This document shows positions 37,616 to 47,456 of a DNA stretch of 63,994 nt, piece after piece. Source of the stretch: Planctomycetota bacterium (GTDB taxonomy: Bacteria; Planctomycetota; UBA1135); contig RFGR01000061.1 in NCBI GenBank assembly GCA_003696625.1, forward strand, positions 1-63,994, written 5' to 3'. Position 1 is the first letter of the stretch; each line of letters begins with the position of its first letter. Made by a program: the position numbers and the translations under genes. A model generated the notes under the pieces. That model did not search any database, was not told the DNA's origin, and saw only the letters and a list, made by a program, of their open reading frames with translations.

Positions 37616-39316
37616 TCAGGGGACGATCTCGACCATCGCCGAGGCGCTGGCCAGGGACGGCGCGCCGCCCGGCGGGGCGGCGACCACCGCCGACCAGTAA
37701 CGGCGTCCGACCAGGCCGGGCGGGGCGCCGGGGGCGAGGTCGAAGGTGGCGACCGCGTCGCCGGCGGCGTCGAGGACCCCGCGGGCGCCGTTGAAGCCGG
37801 CGGGGTAGTTGCCGGCCTGGGTCCGGGAGAAGAGAGGATCCGCGGTCAACGGAATGTCGAGGCCCTGGATCGTGCTCGGTCCGGTGCCCGAGGCCGACAG
37901 GAGCACCGCGTAGGACTGACCGCCGGCGCCGGTCGGGAAGTCGATGTCCCAGCGGAGCCGGCCGCCGGCGGCGGCCGAGAGCCGCTGCGGGCCGAAGGCG
38001 ACCCAGGGATCGAAGGCGATCAGGTCGGCGCTGCCGAGATTGCCGTAGCCGCCGCCGTCCCGACCGGGGGCGCCGACGGCGAAGTCGGGATGGCCGTCGC
38101 CGTCGGCGTCGCCGCCGAAATCCACCCAGGCGCCGTACTCGTCCTGGGCCGCCTGTCCCTCCAGGACCCGGATCAGGCGACCATCGAGGCCGGCGTGCAG
38201 ATACACCGCCCCGACCTGGTTCAGGCCGTTGAGGTCGGTCTGCGGCGCCGACAGGGCGAGGTCGGCGTGGCCGTCCTGGTCCAGGTCGCCGGCGGCGGCG
38301 ACCGCCTCGCCGAGCTGTTGGCCGGCCTGGCTGCCGCGGAACTCGGCCAGCAGGGCGCCGGTGGCGCCGGACCAGAGCCGGACCACCCCGGCTTTGGCCT
38401 TGCCGCCGAAGGAGGCGGTGGGGGAGCCGCCGAGGATGTCCGGGGTGCCGTCGCCGTCGACGTCGCCGGCGCCGGCCAGGGCGGCGCCCATGTGGCCGCT
38501 GTCCCAGGAGCCGCCGAACTCGTGGATCAGGCTGCCGTCGGCGCCGGAGTGGACGAAGATCTTGCCGGCGTGGTGGATCGGGGTGTTGTCGGTCGGCGCC
38601 CCGGCCATCCAGTCGCAGAGGCCGTCGCCGTCGACGTCACCGGCGCGGGCGACGGCGAAGCCGAGTTCGGTGTGGAAGCCGGCGCCGGCGATGCCGAACA
38701 GGGTGGCGCCGGTGGCGCCGTCGAGGAGCGCGGCCATGCCGGCGTCGTAGACCCCGCCGACACCGGCCTGGAAGGCTCCGGCCAGGAGTTCGGCGGCGCC
38801 GTCGCCGGTGACGTCGTCGACGAAGGCGACCGAGACGCCCCATTTGCCGTGCTTGAAGGTGCCGTCGAGGCGGTGAATCCGGGCGCCGGTGGCGCCGGAG
38901 TAGAGGTCCACCCGGCCGGTGTCGGCCTGGCCGTTGACGACCACGAACGGCGCCCCGACGAGGATGTCCGGGACGCCGTCGAGATCGATGTCGTAGCCAC
39001 CGTCCACCGAGTAACCGGCCCAGCCGCCGGCGGCGTCGCCGTCGATCCGGAGCAGCTCGGAGCCGTCGGCGCCGGAGATCACCCGCACCGAGCCGGCCTG
39101 CGGCAAACCGTTCGGCGACGCGGTCGGCATGCCGACGATCAGGTCGTCGAGGCCGTCGCCGTTCAGGTCTCCGGCCCAGGCCAGGGACTCCCCGGCCCGC
39201 CCGTTCGGGTCCGGGCCGAGATCCTCGCGGATCCGGCTCCAGGAACCACCGGCGGCCTGGGCGAAGAGGGCGGGCGACAGGAGGAGGAGGAGGGAGAAGA
39301 GGGGAGCCTGGCGCAT
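37616..39316 (-). CDS. Secreted FG-GAP (integrin-alpha beta-propeller) repeat protein
   Basis: Signal peptide; seven GDxxxDGxxD..GAP-type repeats; extra C-terminal domain. Confidence 0.88.
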   Translation of the reverse strand: MRQAPLFSLLLLLSPALFAQAAGGSWSRIREDLGPDPNGRAGESLAWAGDLNGDGLDDLIVGMPTASPNGLPQAGSVRVISGADGSELLRIDGDAAGGWAGYSVDGGYDIDLDGVPDILVGAPFVVVNGQADTGRVDLYSGATGARIHRLDGTFKHGKWGVSVAFVDDVTGDGAAELLAGAFQAGVGGVYDAGMAALLDGATGATLFGIAGAGFHTELGFAVARAGDVDGDGLCDWMAGAPTDNTPIHHAGKIFVHSGADGSLIHEFGGSWDSGHMGAALAGAGDVDGDGTPDILGGSPTASFGGKAKAGVVRLWSGATGALLAEFRGSQAGQQLGEAVAAAGDLDQDGHADLALSAPQTDLNGLNQVGAVYLHAGLDGRLIRVLEGQAAQDEYGAWVDFGGDADGDGHPDFAVGAPGRDGGGYGNLGSADLIAFDPWVAFGPQRLSAAAGGRLRWDIDFPTGAGGQSYAVLLSASGTGPSTIQGLDIPLTADPLFSRTQAGNYPAGFNGARGVLDAAGDAVATFDLAPGAPPGLVGRRYWSAVVAAPPGGAPSLASASAMVEIVP

Positions 39317-39451
39317 GGAAAGAGGCGGCGCGGGGAAGGGAAGCCGGGAGGTGGGATGAGAGTCCTCGACCGTGGGTTCCCGCAAGGCTACCACGCGATC
39401 GGCGTTGCCGCCGGTCTCGGATCCGGCCGCCGCCTGTCCTAGGATGAGTTC

Positions 39452-40495
39452 ATGCGTGCGGTCCGGGTCCACGAACACGGCGATTTCGACGTCCTGCGGC
39501 TCGAGGAGCTGCCCGTACCCGAGCCCGGACCGGGCGAGGTCCGGATCCGGGTGGCCTGGGCGGCCCTCAACCACCTCGACACCTGGGTCCGGCGCGGGGT
39601 GCCGGGGCACCGCTTCCCGCTGCCGATCACCCTCGGGTGTGACTTCAGCGGCATCGTCGACGCCGCCGGACCGGGGGCCGACGACCTGTCAGTCGGCACC
39701 CGGGTGGCGGTGGCGCCGGGGCACGCCTGCGGCAACTGCCCCGCCTGCGCCAGCGGCCGGCACAACCTCTGTCGCCGGTTCGGGATCTACGGCGAGACCT
39801 GCGACGGCGGCGACGCCGACTTCGCGATCGTTCGGCGCGAGAACCTGCTGCCGGTGCCGGACGGCTTTCCGCTCGACCTCGCGGCCGCTTTCCCGCTCAC
39901 CTTCCTCACCGCCTGGCACATGCTGGTCGGGCGTTGCGCCCTCCGTCCGGGCGAGAAGGTGCTGGTCCACGCCGCCGGCAGCGGCGTCTCGGTGGCGGCG
40001 ATCCAGATCGCCCGACTCTGGGGGGCCCGGGTCATGGCCACCGCCGGCAACCCGGAGAAGCTCGAGCGCGCCCGCCGGCTGGGCGCCGAGCGGACCGCCG
40101 ACTACCGGCGTGAGGACTGGACCGAGGCGGCGCGGGACTGGGCCGGCCGCGGCGGCCTGGACGTGATCGTCGATCACGTCGGCGCCGACACCCTGCCGCG
40201 CGGGATCTGGCTGCTCGGCCGCGGCGGCCGTCTGGTCACCTGCGGCGTCACCAGCGGCGCCGAGATGAAGCTGAACTTCGCGCCGATCTTCTTCAAGTCC
40301 CTGAGCGTGCTCGGCAGCACGATGGGAGGCCTCGGCGACCAGCGGGAAGTGGCCGAGCACGTCTTCGCCGGCCGCCTGGAGCCGATCGTGGATTCCCGCT
40401 TCCCGCTCGAAGGGGTCGCCGACGCCCACCGCCGGGTGGCCTCGCGCGAGGTCTTCGGCAAGGTGCTGCTCGAGGTGGATCCCACGCTCGTCTGA
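39452..40495 (+). CDS. Zinc-binding medium-chain dehydrogenase/quinone oxidoreductase
   Basis: ALNHLD, structural Zn site CGNCPAC..C, AAGSGV, FGKVLL. Confidence 0.9.
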   Translation: MRAVRVHEHGDFDVLRLEELPVPEPGPGEVRIRVAWAALNHLDTWVRRGVPGHRFPLPITLGCDFSGIVDAAGPGADDLSVGTRVAVAPGHACGNCPACASGRHNLCRRFGIYGETCDGGDADFAIVRRENLLPVPDGFPLDLAAAFPLTFLTAWHMLVGRCALRPGEKVLVHAAGSGVSVAAIQIARLWGARVMATAGNPEKLERARRLGAERTADYRREDWTEAARDWAGRGGLDVIVDHVGADTLPRGIWLLGRGGRLVTCGVTSGAEMKLNFAPIFFKSLSVLGSTMGGLGDQREVAEHVFAGRLEPIVDSRFPLEGVADAHRRVASREVFGKVLLEVDPTLV

Positions 40496-40504
40496 GCGGC
40501 GGCC

Positions 40505-41098
40505 TCATGTCAGCTCGCGCAGGCGCAGCCGCCGCCACCAAACGCGGGTCCTGCCGCCGCCGTGGACCTGGAAGCCGATCCGGCCGCTGCGATCGCGCGG
40601 GTCGCGGAAGTCGGCGCAGGGAACGCCGTTGACCCAGCTCCGGATCCGGTCGCCGCGGCACTCGATCCGGTACCGGTTCCACTCGCCCAGCCGGAAGGCC
40701 CGACGCGCCTCCGGCTGGTCGTCGAGGGGATCCAGCCAGCCGCTCCGGGCTTCGTCGTACAACCCGCCGCTCCAGGCCCGGTCGCTGGGATCGATTTCGA
40801 TCTGGTAGCCGAAGACGGTGCCGTCCGGGCGCTGGTGGCTGCGGACCTGGATGCCGGAGTTGCCGCCGGGCTCGATCCGGACCTCGCACTCGAGGACGAA
40901 GTCGGAGTACTCGCGCGGCGAGAGCAGGAAGCTGTTCCGGGCGCCGGCGTCGTGGCCGGCGAGGACTTCGCCGTCGAACTCGAAGACTGCGTCGCCGACG
41001 CGGATCCAGTCCGCGAAGGACGCCCGGTCGAGGAGCGGGGCGGCGGCGGTGCAGCCGGAACAGGCCAGGGCCAGGAAGACGGCGCGGGCGCGGGCCAT
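40505..41098 (-). CDS. DUF1080 (3-keto-disaccharide hydrolase-like) lipoprotein
   Basis: SGC lipobox-like; YSDFVL, NSGIQVRS, GYQIEID, GEWNRY, GRIGFQVH. Confidence 0.88.
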   Translation of the reverse strand: MARARAVFLALACSGCTAAAPLLDRASFADWIRVGDAVFEFDGEVLAGHDAGARNSFLLSPREYSDFVLECEVRIEPGGNSGIQVRSHQRPDGTVFGYQIEIDPSDRAWSGGLYDEARSGWLDPLDDQPEARRAFRLGEWNRYRIECRGDRIRSWVNGVPCADFRDPRDRSGRIGFQVHGGGRTRVWWRRLRLRELT

Positions 41099-41173
41099 AG
41101 GGCCAGGATAGGGCGAGCGGTGGTTTTCTTCGCAAGGCCGGCACCCCCACCGGCCGATGGAGGGGAGACCGTC

Positions 41174-41944
41174 ATGCGCACCGCCGCCAGCCTCCTGTTC
41201 GCCTGCGCCTTCCTGCTTCCGGCCGCCGCCCCGGCCCAACAGCGGCCGGACTGGCTCGACCGGCTCGGCCGGGTCGAGGAACCGCGGACCGGCATCCCGT
41301 TCGCCGAGTACCGGCGCTTCCCCGGCGGGGAAGAGGAGCAGCTCCTGATCGGCACCGGCCTCTACACCAAGACCTTCCTCCGGATCAAAATCTACGCCTT
41401 CGGCTTCTATGTCGAGCCCGAGGGCGCGGCCGCCTCCCTGGGCCGTTGGCAGGGGCTGCCGGCCCGGCAGGTCGCTCGGGATCCCGAATTCTACCGCGCC
41501 CTCTGGGCCGGCGACTTCGCCAAGAGCGTGCGCTGGATCCTGTGCCGGGACGTTGACGGAGACGACGTCGCCGAGGCCTTCGACGACGTCCTCGGACCCC
41601 GCCTCGAACGGCTGGGGCGGCGGGCCGAGCCGGCGGCCCGGGCCGAGGCCGACCGAGCCCTGGCCGAGTTCCGCTCCTACTTCGAAACCGAACTCGAGAA
41701 GGGGATGGAACTCGTCTTCGCCTGGTACCCGGGCGGCCGGCTGGTCACGGTCCTGGGCGGCCGCGTGGCCGGCACCTTGCAATCCGAACTCCTGTGCCGG
41801 GCTCTCTTCGCCTGCTATCTGGACAATGATCCGCTCGACGAGGACGCCAAAGAGGGCTTCGCCTCCTGCGTCGACCGGATCCGCCTGGCCGCCGATACCG
41901 AGGCGGCCCGCCCTGCCCCGGACCGGGGCTCGGCAGTGGGTTAA
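41174..41944 (+). CDS. Exported chalcone-isomerase-like fold protein (paralog 1)
   Basis: Signal peptide; EPRTGIPF, GTGLYTK..IKIYAFGFY, LCRALFACYLDNDP. Confidence 0.78.
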   Translation: MRTAASLLFACAFLLPAAAPAQQRPDWLDRLGRVEEPRTGIPFAEYRRFPGGEEEQLLIGTGLYTKTFLRIKIYAFGFYVEPEGAAASLGRWQGLPARQVARDPEFYRALWAGDFAKSVRWILCRDVDGDDVAEAFDDVLGPRLERLGRRAEPAARAEADRALAEFRSYFETELEKGMELVFAWYPGGRLVTVLGGRVAGTLQSELLCRALFACYLDNDPLDEDAKEGFASCVDRIRLAADTEAARPAPDRGSAVG

Positions 41945-42068
41945 TCCCCCTTTTCGGGCGCCCTGCGGCGCCGTCTCCATCCCCGTTGCAGCGGCTCCGG
42001 GCTCCGGCTCGGAGCCGCATCTCCTTCCTCGGACGGCCGGGAGCGTATCCTCGGGGCGGAGGAAGACG

Positions 42069-42836
42069 ATGAGACGACCCCTGTTCCCGCTTCTGGCCGC
42101 CGCCCTGCTCGCCGTGCCCGCCCTCGCTCAGGATCCGTCCCAACCGGTCCCGACCGTCGAGGAGCCCCGCAGCGAGGTCGAGTTCCCGCGCTGGATGGAC
42201 TTCCCGGGCGGCAAGCAGCCGCTCCATCTCCTCGCCGTCGGGCTCCGCACCAAGACCATCTTCGCGGTCAAGGTCTACGCCTTCGGTCTCTACCTCGACG
42301 CCCGGGCGGCGGCGGCGGCGTTGCGCGACTACCGCGGCCTCCGGCCCAAGGACCGGCGCAAGAGCCGCGCCTTCTACCGCGCCCTCCTGAACGGCGATTT
42401 CAGCAAGGGCCTGCGCTGGGTGATGACCCGCGACGTCGACGGCGAAGACATCGCCGAGGCCTTCGCCGAATCCCTCGAGCCCCGACTGGAGAAACTGGCG
42501 CGGTCCGCCAAGCCGGAGGTGGTCGCGGCCGACCGGGCCGCCCTGGCCCGCTTCAAGACCTTCTTCAGCGACGAACTCGAGGAGGGGACCGAGCTGGTCT
42601 TCGCCTGGCATCCCGGCGGCCGGCTGGTGACCAGGATCGGCGGCAAGGTGATGGGCGAGGTGAAGTCCCACAACCTGGCCCTGGCCCTGTTCGACGTCTA
42701 CCTCGGCTCCGATCCGATCTCCGAGGACGCCAAGGAGGCTTTCGCCGACGCCCTGCCCGGGTTCCTGGACCTGGCCGCCGGGCTGCCGCCGCTTCCGGCC
42801 GCGGAGGAAGCGGCGGACGCCGGCGCCGACGGTTAG
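42069..42836 (+). CDS. Exported chalcone-isomerase-like fold protein (paralog 2)
   Basis: Signal peptide; GLRTKTIFAVKVYAFGLY, ALFDVYLGSDPIS..AK; GGAGG Shine-Dalgarno upstream. Confidence 0.82.
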   Translation: MRRPLFPLLAAALLAVPALAQDPSQPVPTVEEPRSEVEFPRWMDFPGGKQPLHLLAVGLRTKTIFAVKVYAFGLYLDARAAAAALRDYRGLRPKDRRKSRAFYRALLNGDFSKGLRWVMTRDVDGEDIAEAFAESLEPRLEKLARSAKPEVVAADRAALARFKTFFSDELEEGTELVFAWHPGGRLVTRIGGKVMGEVKSHNLALALFDVYLGSDPISEDAKEAFADALPGFLDLAAGLPPLPAAEEAADAGADG

Positions 42837-42848
42837 AATGCCGCCTCG

Positions 42849-43139
42849 GTGATCGTCTTCCTCCTCAGCTTCCTGGCCTTCGTCCTCGCGGTCGCCCTGA
42901 TGGCGGTCGGGGTGGTCGTGGCCGGCAAGCGGCTGCACGGTTCTTGCGGCGGCGTCGTCGGGCCGGACGGCGAGGAGATCGGTGACTGCCTCTGCGCCCG
43001 CAAGCAGGTCGGGATCTGCGCCTCCGCGGAGGGCAACGAGCTGGTGCAGCTGGCCGAGCTGGGCTACCCCCAGCGCAAGGACCACTTCGGCGTCCTCGCC
43101 CGCCGGCAGCCGCCCGGCCCGCCGCCGCTCTCGGTTTGA
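42849..43139 (+). CDS. nqrM: Na+-NQR maturation factor NqrM (DUF539-like)
   Basis: N-terminal TM ending MAVGV, then LHGSCGG and three more Cys; adjacent to the nqr operon. Confidence 0.75.
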   Translation: MIVFLLSFLAFVLAVALMAVGVVVAGKRLHGSCGGVVGPDGEEIGDCLCARKQVGICASAEGNELVQLAELGYPQRKDHFGVLARRQPPGPPPLSV

Positions 43140-43145
43140 GCCGGC

Positions 43146-44186
43146 TCAGCCGCCGGTCGGCGGGGCGGCGAGGAAGGCGCGGAAGCCGTCGCTCATCCGC
43201 TCGCTCAGGCTGCCGTCCTCGTTGCGGCTGACGAGCAGGACCTCGACCCCGTCCAGGCCGGCTGCGAATTCCCAGCCTTTCTCCGGGCCGAGGACGCTGA
43301 TCGCGGTCGCCAGCCCGTCGGCGTGCATGCAGTCGGCCGCGATCACACTGACCGAGGCCAGGGCGTGCTCGACCGGCCGACCGGTGCGCGGGTCGATGGT
43401 ATGCGAGAAGCGGCGGCCGTCGAAGTCGCGGAAGTTGCGGTAGTCGCCGCTGGTCGCCAGGGCCAGGCCGCTGAGTTCGACCACCTGCTCGATCCGCCGC
43501 CCCGGCGGCGCCATCGGCTCGGGCCGGTCGATGCCGATCCGCCAGGGGCCGCCCTGGACGTTGCTGCCCGAGCAGCGGACCTCGCCGCCGACCTCGACCA
43601 GCCAGTCCCGGCAGCCAAGCTCGAGCAGCCGGGCGGCGACCGCGTCGACCCCGTAGCCCTTGGCGATGGCACTCAGGTCGATCTGCAGATCGGGATCGCT
43701 CTTGGCCAAAGTGCCGGCGGCCCGGTCGAGGGTCAGCCGCTGCCAGCCGGTCCGGGCCAAGGCGCGCTCGATCTCGGCTTCCGCCGGCACGCCGGCGCGC
43801 GTTCCGGAAGGGCCGAAGCCCCAGAGATCGACCAGCGGCAGCACGGTCGGATCGAAGGCGCCGTCGCTCTTCTCGGCCAGATCGAGGGCCGCCGCCACCA
43901 CGTGCAGGAGTTCCCGCGGCAGCTTCTGGGGGCCGGTCTGGCGGTTGCGGTTGAACCGGGCCAGGGCCGAATCCGCCCGCCAGGTCGACATCGCGGCGTC
44001 GACCCGGTCGAGGACGGCGGTGATCTCGCGGTCGAGATCGGCGGCCGCGGCCGGCGGCGAAACCAGGCTGACCTGCCAGGTGGTGCCCATGGTCCGGCCG
44101 CTGAGGAGGACCAGCTCCCTCGCCTCCCGGCCGTCGCCGCAGGCGGCGGCCAGGAGGCAGGCGGCGGCCAGCGCCGGGCGGCTCAG
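43146..44186 (-). CDS. apbE: FAD:protein FMN transferase (lipoprotein)
   Basis: [45 protein letters not shown]; start inferred at CTG overlapping the nqrF stop. Confidence 0.92.
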   Translation of the reverse strand: MSRPALAAACLLAAACGDGREARELVLLSGRTMGTTWQVSLVSPPAAAADLDREITAVLDRVDAAMSTWRADSALARFNRNRQTGPQKLPRELLHVVAAALDLAEKSDGAFDPTVLPLVDLWGFGPSGTRAGVPAEAEIERALARTGWQRLTLDRAAGTLAKSDPDLQIDLSAIAKGYGVDAVAARLLELGCRDWLVEVGGEVRCSGSNVQGGPWRIGIDRPEPMAPPGRRIEQVVELSGLALATSGDYRNFRDFDGRRFSHTIDPRTGRPVEHALASVSVIAADCMHADGLATAISVLGPEKGWEFAAGLDGVEVLLVSRNEDGSLSERMSDGFRAFLAAPPTGG

Positions 44187-45418
44187 CCGCCGAAGTCGTC
44201 GAGGAAGATGTTTTCCCGGTCGACTCCCAGGTCGTCCAGCATCTTCAGCACCGCCGCGTTCATCATCGGCGGGCCGCACATGTAGTACTCGCATTCCTCG
44301 GGTTCCGGGTGCTTCGACAGGTACTCGTCGTACAGGACCTGGTGGATGAACCCGGTCAGTCCGGTCCACTCATCCTCCGGTAACGGCTCGGAGAGGGCCA
44401 GATGCCACTCGAAATTCGGGAATTCTTCCTGGATGGCGTTGAAGTCTTCGATGTAGAAGGCCTCGCGCAGCGAGCGGGCGCCGTACCAGAAGCTGACCTT
44501 GACGTCGGTCTTCTCGGTGCGGAAGAGGTGCATCAGGTGCGAGCGCATCGGAGCCATGCCGGCGCCGCCGCCGATGAAGATCTTCTCCTTCTTGGTGTCG
44601 CGGAGGAAGAACTCGCCGTAGGGGCCGGAGATGACCGCCTTGTCACCCGGTTTGAGGCTGAAGATGTAGCTCGAGCCCTTGCCCGGCGGAATGCCCTCGG
44701 GGCCGCGCGGCGGCGGCGTCGCGATGCGGACGTTGAGCATCAGGACGTTGCCCTCGGCCGGGTAGCTGGCCATCGAGTAGGCCCGCACCACCGGCTCGTC
44801 GGTGACCGACCGGTAGCGCCAGATGTCGTACTTGTCCCAGTCCGGCCGGTACTCCTCGTCGATGTCGAAGTCCTTGAAGCTGACGTCGTGCGGCGGGATC
44901 TCGATCTGAATGTAGCCGCCGGAGCGGTATTCGATCGTCTCCCCGGGCGGCAGTTGCAGCCGCAGCTCCTTGATGAAGGTGGCGACGTTCCGGTTGGAGA
45001 GGACCTCGCACTCCCACTTCTTGACCGAGAAGACCTCGTCCGGGACCTGGATGCGCATGTCCCGCTTGACCTTGACCTGGCAAGCCAGGCGCCAGTGCTC
45101 CCGGGCCATACCGCGGGTGATGTGCCCTTCCTCGGTCGGCAGCAGGTCGCCGCCGCCTTCCAGCACCTTGACCTTGCACTGGGCGCAGGTGCCGCCGCCG
45201 CCGCAGGCGGAGGGGACGAACAGCTTCTGGTCGGCCAGGGTCGCCAGTAGGGTGCCGCCGGCCGGCGCGACCAAGGGCTTCTCTTCGTCGTTGTTGACGA
45301 CGATCCGGACGTTGCCGCTCTGCACCAGCTTGCTCTTGGCCCAGATCAGGATCAGGACCATGGCCAGGACCACGAAGCAGAACATGGCGACGCCGAGAGC
45401 GATGGTGGTGTAGTCCAT
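44183..45418 (-). CDS. nqrF: Na+-translocating NADH:quinone reductase subunit F
   Basis: [42 protein letters not shown]. Confidence 0.97.
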   Translation of the reverse strand: MDYTTIALGVAMFCFVVLAMVLILIWAKSKLVQSGNVRIVVNNDEEKPLVAPAGGTLLATLADQKLFVPSACGGGGTCAQCKVKVLEGGGDLLPTEEGHITRGMAREHWRLACQVKVKRDMRIQVPDEVFSVKKWECEVLSNRNVATFIKELRLQLPPGETIEYRSGGYIQIEIPPHDVSFKDFDIDEEYRPDWDKYDIWRYRSVTDEPVVRAYSMASYPAEGNVLMLNVRIATPPPRGPEGIPPGKGSSYIFSLKPGDKAVISGPYGEFFLRDTKKEKIFIGGGAGMAPMRSHLMHLFRTEKTDVKVSFWYGARSLREAFYIEDFNAIQEEFPNFEWHLALSEPLPEDEWTGLTGFIHQVLYDEYLSKHPEPEECEYYMCGPPMMNAAVLKMLDDLGVDRENIFLDDFGG

Positions 45419-45431
45419 GCCGGATCCCTCC

Positions 45432-46043
45432 CTAGAGCTTGATGCCGCCGAAGAGCATGAACCCCATCGCCATCAGGCCGGCGGTGAGGAAGGTGATGCC
45501 GAGGCCGCGCAGCCCGTGCGGCACGTTCGAGTACTTCATCTTCTCTCGTACCGCGGCCAGGGCGAGGATCGCCAGCCACCAACCGAGGCCGGAGCCGAGG
45601 CCGAAGACCACGCTCTGGGCGAAGTCGTACTCGCGCTGGACCATGAACAGCGAGCCGCCGAGGATGGCGCAGTTGACCGCGATCAAGGGCAGGAACACGC
45701 CCAGGGTGGTGTAGAGCTTGGGCGCGAACCGGTCGATCGTCATCTCGACGATCTGGACCATGGCGGCGATGGTGGCGATGAAAGCGATGAAGCTCAGGAA
45801 GCTCAGGTCGACGCCGGCCAGGCTCGGGCTGATCCAGCTCAGGGCGCCTTCCTTGAGCAGCCAGGTGTAGATCAGGTTGTTGAGCGGCACCGTCACCGTC
45901 TGGACGAAGGTCACCGCCATGCCCAGACCCATCGCCGTCTCGACCTTCTTCGACACGGCCAGGAACGAGCACATGCCCAGGAAGAAGGCCAGGGCCATGT
46001 TCTCGACGAAGACCGACTTGACGAACAGGTTGAGGAGTTCCAT
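45432..46043 (-). CDS. nqrE: Na+-NQR subunit E
   Basis: [31 protein letters not shown]. Confidence 0.96.
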   Translation of the reverse strand: MELLNLFVKSVFVENMALAFFLGMCSFLAVSKKVETAMGLGMAVTFVQTVTVPLNNLIYTWLLKEGALSWISPSLAGVDLSFLSFIAFIATIAAMVQIVEMTIDRFAPKLYTTLGVFLPLIAVNCAILGGSLFMVQREYDFAQSVVFGLGSGLGWWLAILALAAVREKMKYSNVPHGLRGLGITFLTAGLMAMGFMLFGGIKL

Positions 46044-46046
46044 GCC

Positions 46047-46670
46047 CTACTCCTTCTCCTGCATGCTGGGGGAGATCGTGCGCTGGATCCAGATGATCAG
46101 GCCGATCAGGAAGAAGGCCCCCGGCGACAGCACCAGCAGGCCGTTCGGCTGGTACCAGCCGCCGTTGTTGACCGTTTCGAAGACGGTGTGGCCGAGGATC
46201 TTGCCCGAGCCGAACAGCTCCCGGCAGAAGCCGACGACCAGCAACAGCAGCGAGTAGCCGAGAGCGTTGCCGAGGCCGTCCAGCGCCGACTTGCCGACCG
46301 GGTTGGCCATGGCGAAGGCCTCGGCCCGGCCCATGACGATGCAGTTGGTGATGATCAGGCCGACGAAGACCGAGAGCTGCTTGCTGACGTCGTAGACGAA
46401 GGCCTTGAGGACCTGGTCGGCGACGATCACCAGCGAGGCGATCACCGCCAACTGGACGATGATCCGGACGCTGCCGGGGATCAGGTTGCGCAGTGCGGAG
46501 ATGACGGTATTGGAGCCGACCAGGACGAAGGTCAGCGCCGCCGACATGACCACCGCCGTCTCGAGCTTGGTCGTCACGGCCAGGGCCGAGCAGATGCCGA
46601 GCACCTGCAGCGTGACCGGGTTGTTGATGTGGAGCGGATCGACCAGGACCTTGCGCGTCTTCTTGTCCAT
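46047..46670 (-). CDS. nqrD: Na+-NQR subunit D
   Basis: [34 protein letters not shown]. Confidence 0.96.
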   Translation of the reverse strand: MDKKTRKVLVDPLHINNPVTLQVLGICSALAVTTKLETAVVMSAALTFVLVGSNTVISALRNLIPGSVRIIVQLAVIASLVIVADQVLKAFVYDVSKQLSVFVGLIITNCIVMGRAEAFAMANPVGKSALDGLGNALGYSLLLLVVGFCRELFGSGKILGHTVFETVNNGGWYQPNGLLVLSPGAFFLIGLIIWIQRTISPSMQEKE

Positions 46671-46673
46671 GGT

Positions 46674-47456
46674 TCAGGCCCTCCCGGTGTTGGCGCGGAG
46701 GAAGGCGCCGTAGCCGGCCTCGCCCAGCCACAGGCGCACGAAGTTGTTGACGGAGCGGCTGGTGATCGTTGCCCCGGAGATGCCGTCAACCTGGAAGTCG
46801 GGGTCGGCGGCCTTGCCGGCCTTGGTCACTTCGATCCGGAGGGCGCCGGCGTCGTCGAAGATGCGCTTGCCGCGCCACTGGGCCTTCCAGCGCGGATTGT
46901 CGACCTCGCCGCCGAGCCCCGGGGTCTCGCCGTGTTCGTAGAACGTGATGCCGCGGATCCGCTGCAGGTTCTCCTCGAGGGCCAGGAAGCCCTTCAAGGT
47001 CGACCACAGGCCGTTGCCCCAGATCGGCAGCACCCAGCCTTCCTTGCCGGGGACGGTGACGTGGAAGACCAGGAGCCGATCGGGCAGGAAGCCGACCCGG
47101 GAAGGGTCTTCGAGGCCGTCGACGGCCGAGGTCGGAGTGCCCTTGCCGGGGGTCTTGGCGTCGGCCATCAGGGCGGCGACGTCGTAGCCGGCCGGGGCCG
47201 GGCCGACCCGCTCGCCGGTCCGCCGGTCGTAGAGATCGGCCGAGATCGATTCGAACATCTTCGCCACCTCGGCCGGCGAGGGGTGCTGACCTTCCTCGAT
47301 CAGGCCGGCGACGGCCAGGATGTTGGTCTGTAGGTCGAGGCGCTTGTTGGCGTCCTGCCGCTCCCCGAGGCCGACCGCAAACAACGACACGACCAGCGAG
47401 CAGACCAGGCAGACCACCAGCGCGAAGCCGACGATGTACTTGTTACTGAACTCCAA
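46674..47456 (-). CDS. nqrC: Na+-NQR subunit C
   Basis: GLWS, HGETPGLGGE, FMN site DGISGATIT. Confidence 0.95.
   Translation of the reverse strand: MEFSNKYIVGFALVVCLVCSLVVSLFAVGLGERQDANKRLDLQTNILAVAGLIEEGQHPSPAEVAKMFESISADLYDRRTGERVGPAPAGYDVAALMADAKTPGKGTPTSAVDGLEDPSRVGFLPDRLLVFHVTVPGKEGWVLPIWGNGLWSTLKGFLALEENLQRIRGITFYEHGETPGLGGEVDNPRWKAQWRGKRIFDDAGALRIEVTKAGKAADPDFQVDGISGATITSRSVNNFVRLWLGEAGYGAFLRANTGRA

Noticed and set aside
41174-42836. Near-identical DNA segments in the two CHI-like genes read as a diversity-generating retroelement TR/VR pair
   Set aside because: Similarity spans whole paralogous genes, differences are not adenine-specific, and no reverse transcriptase is present
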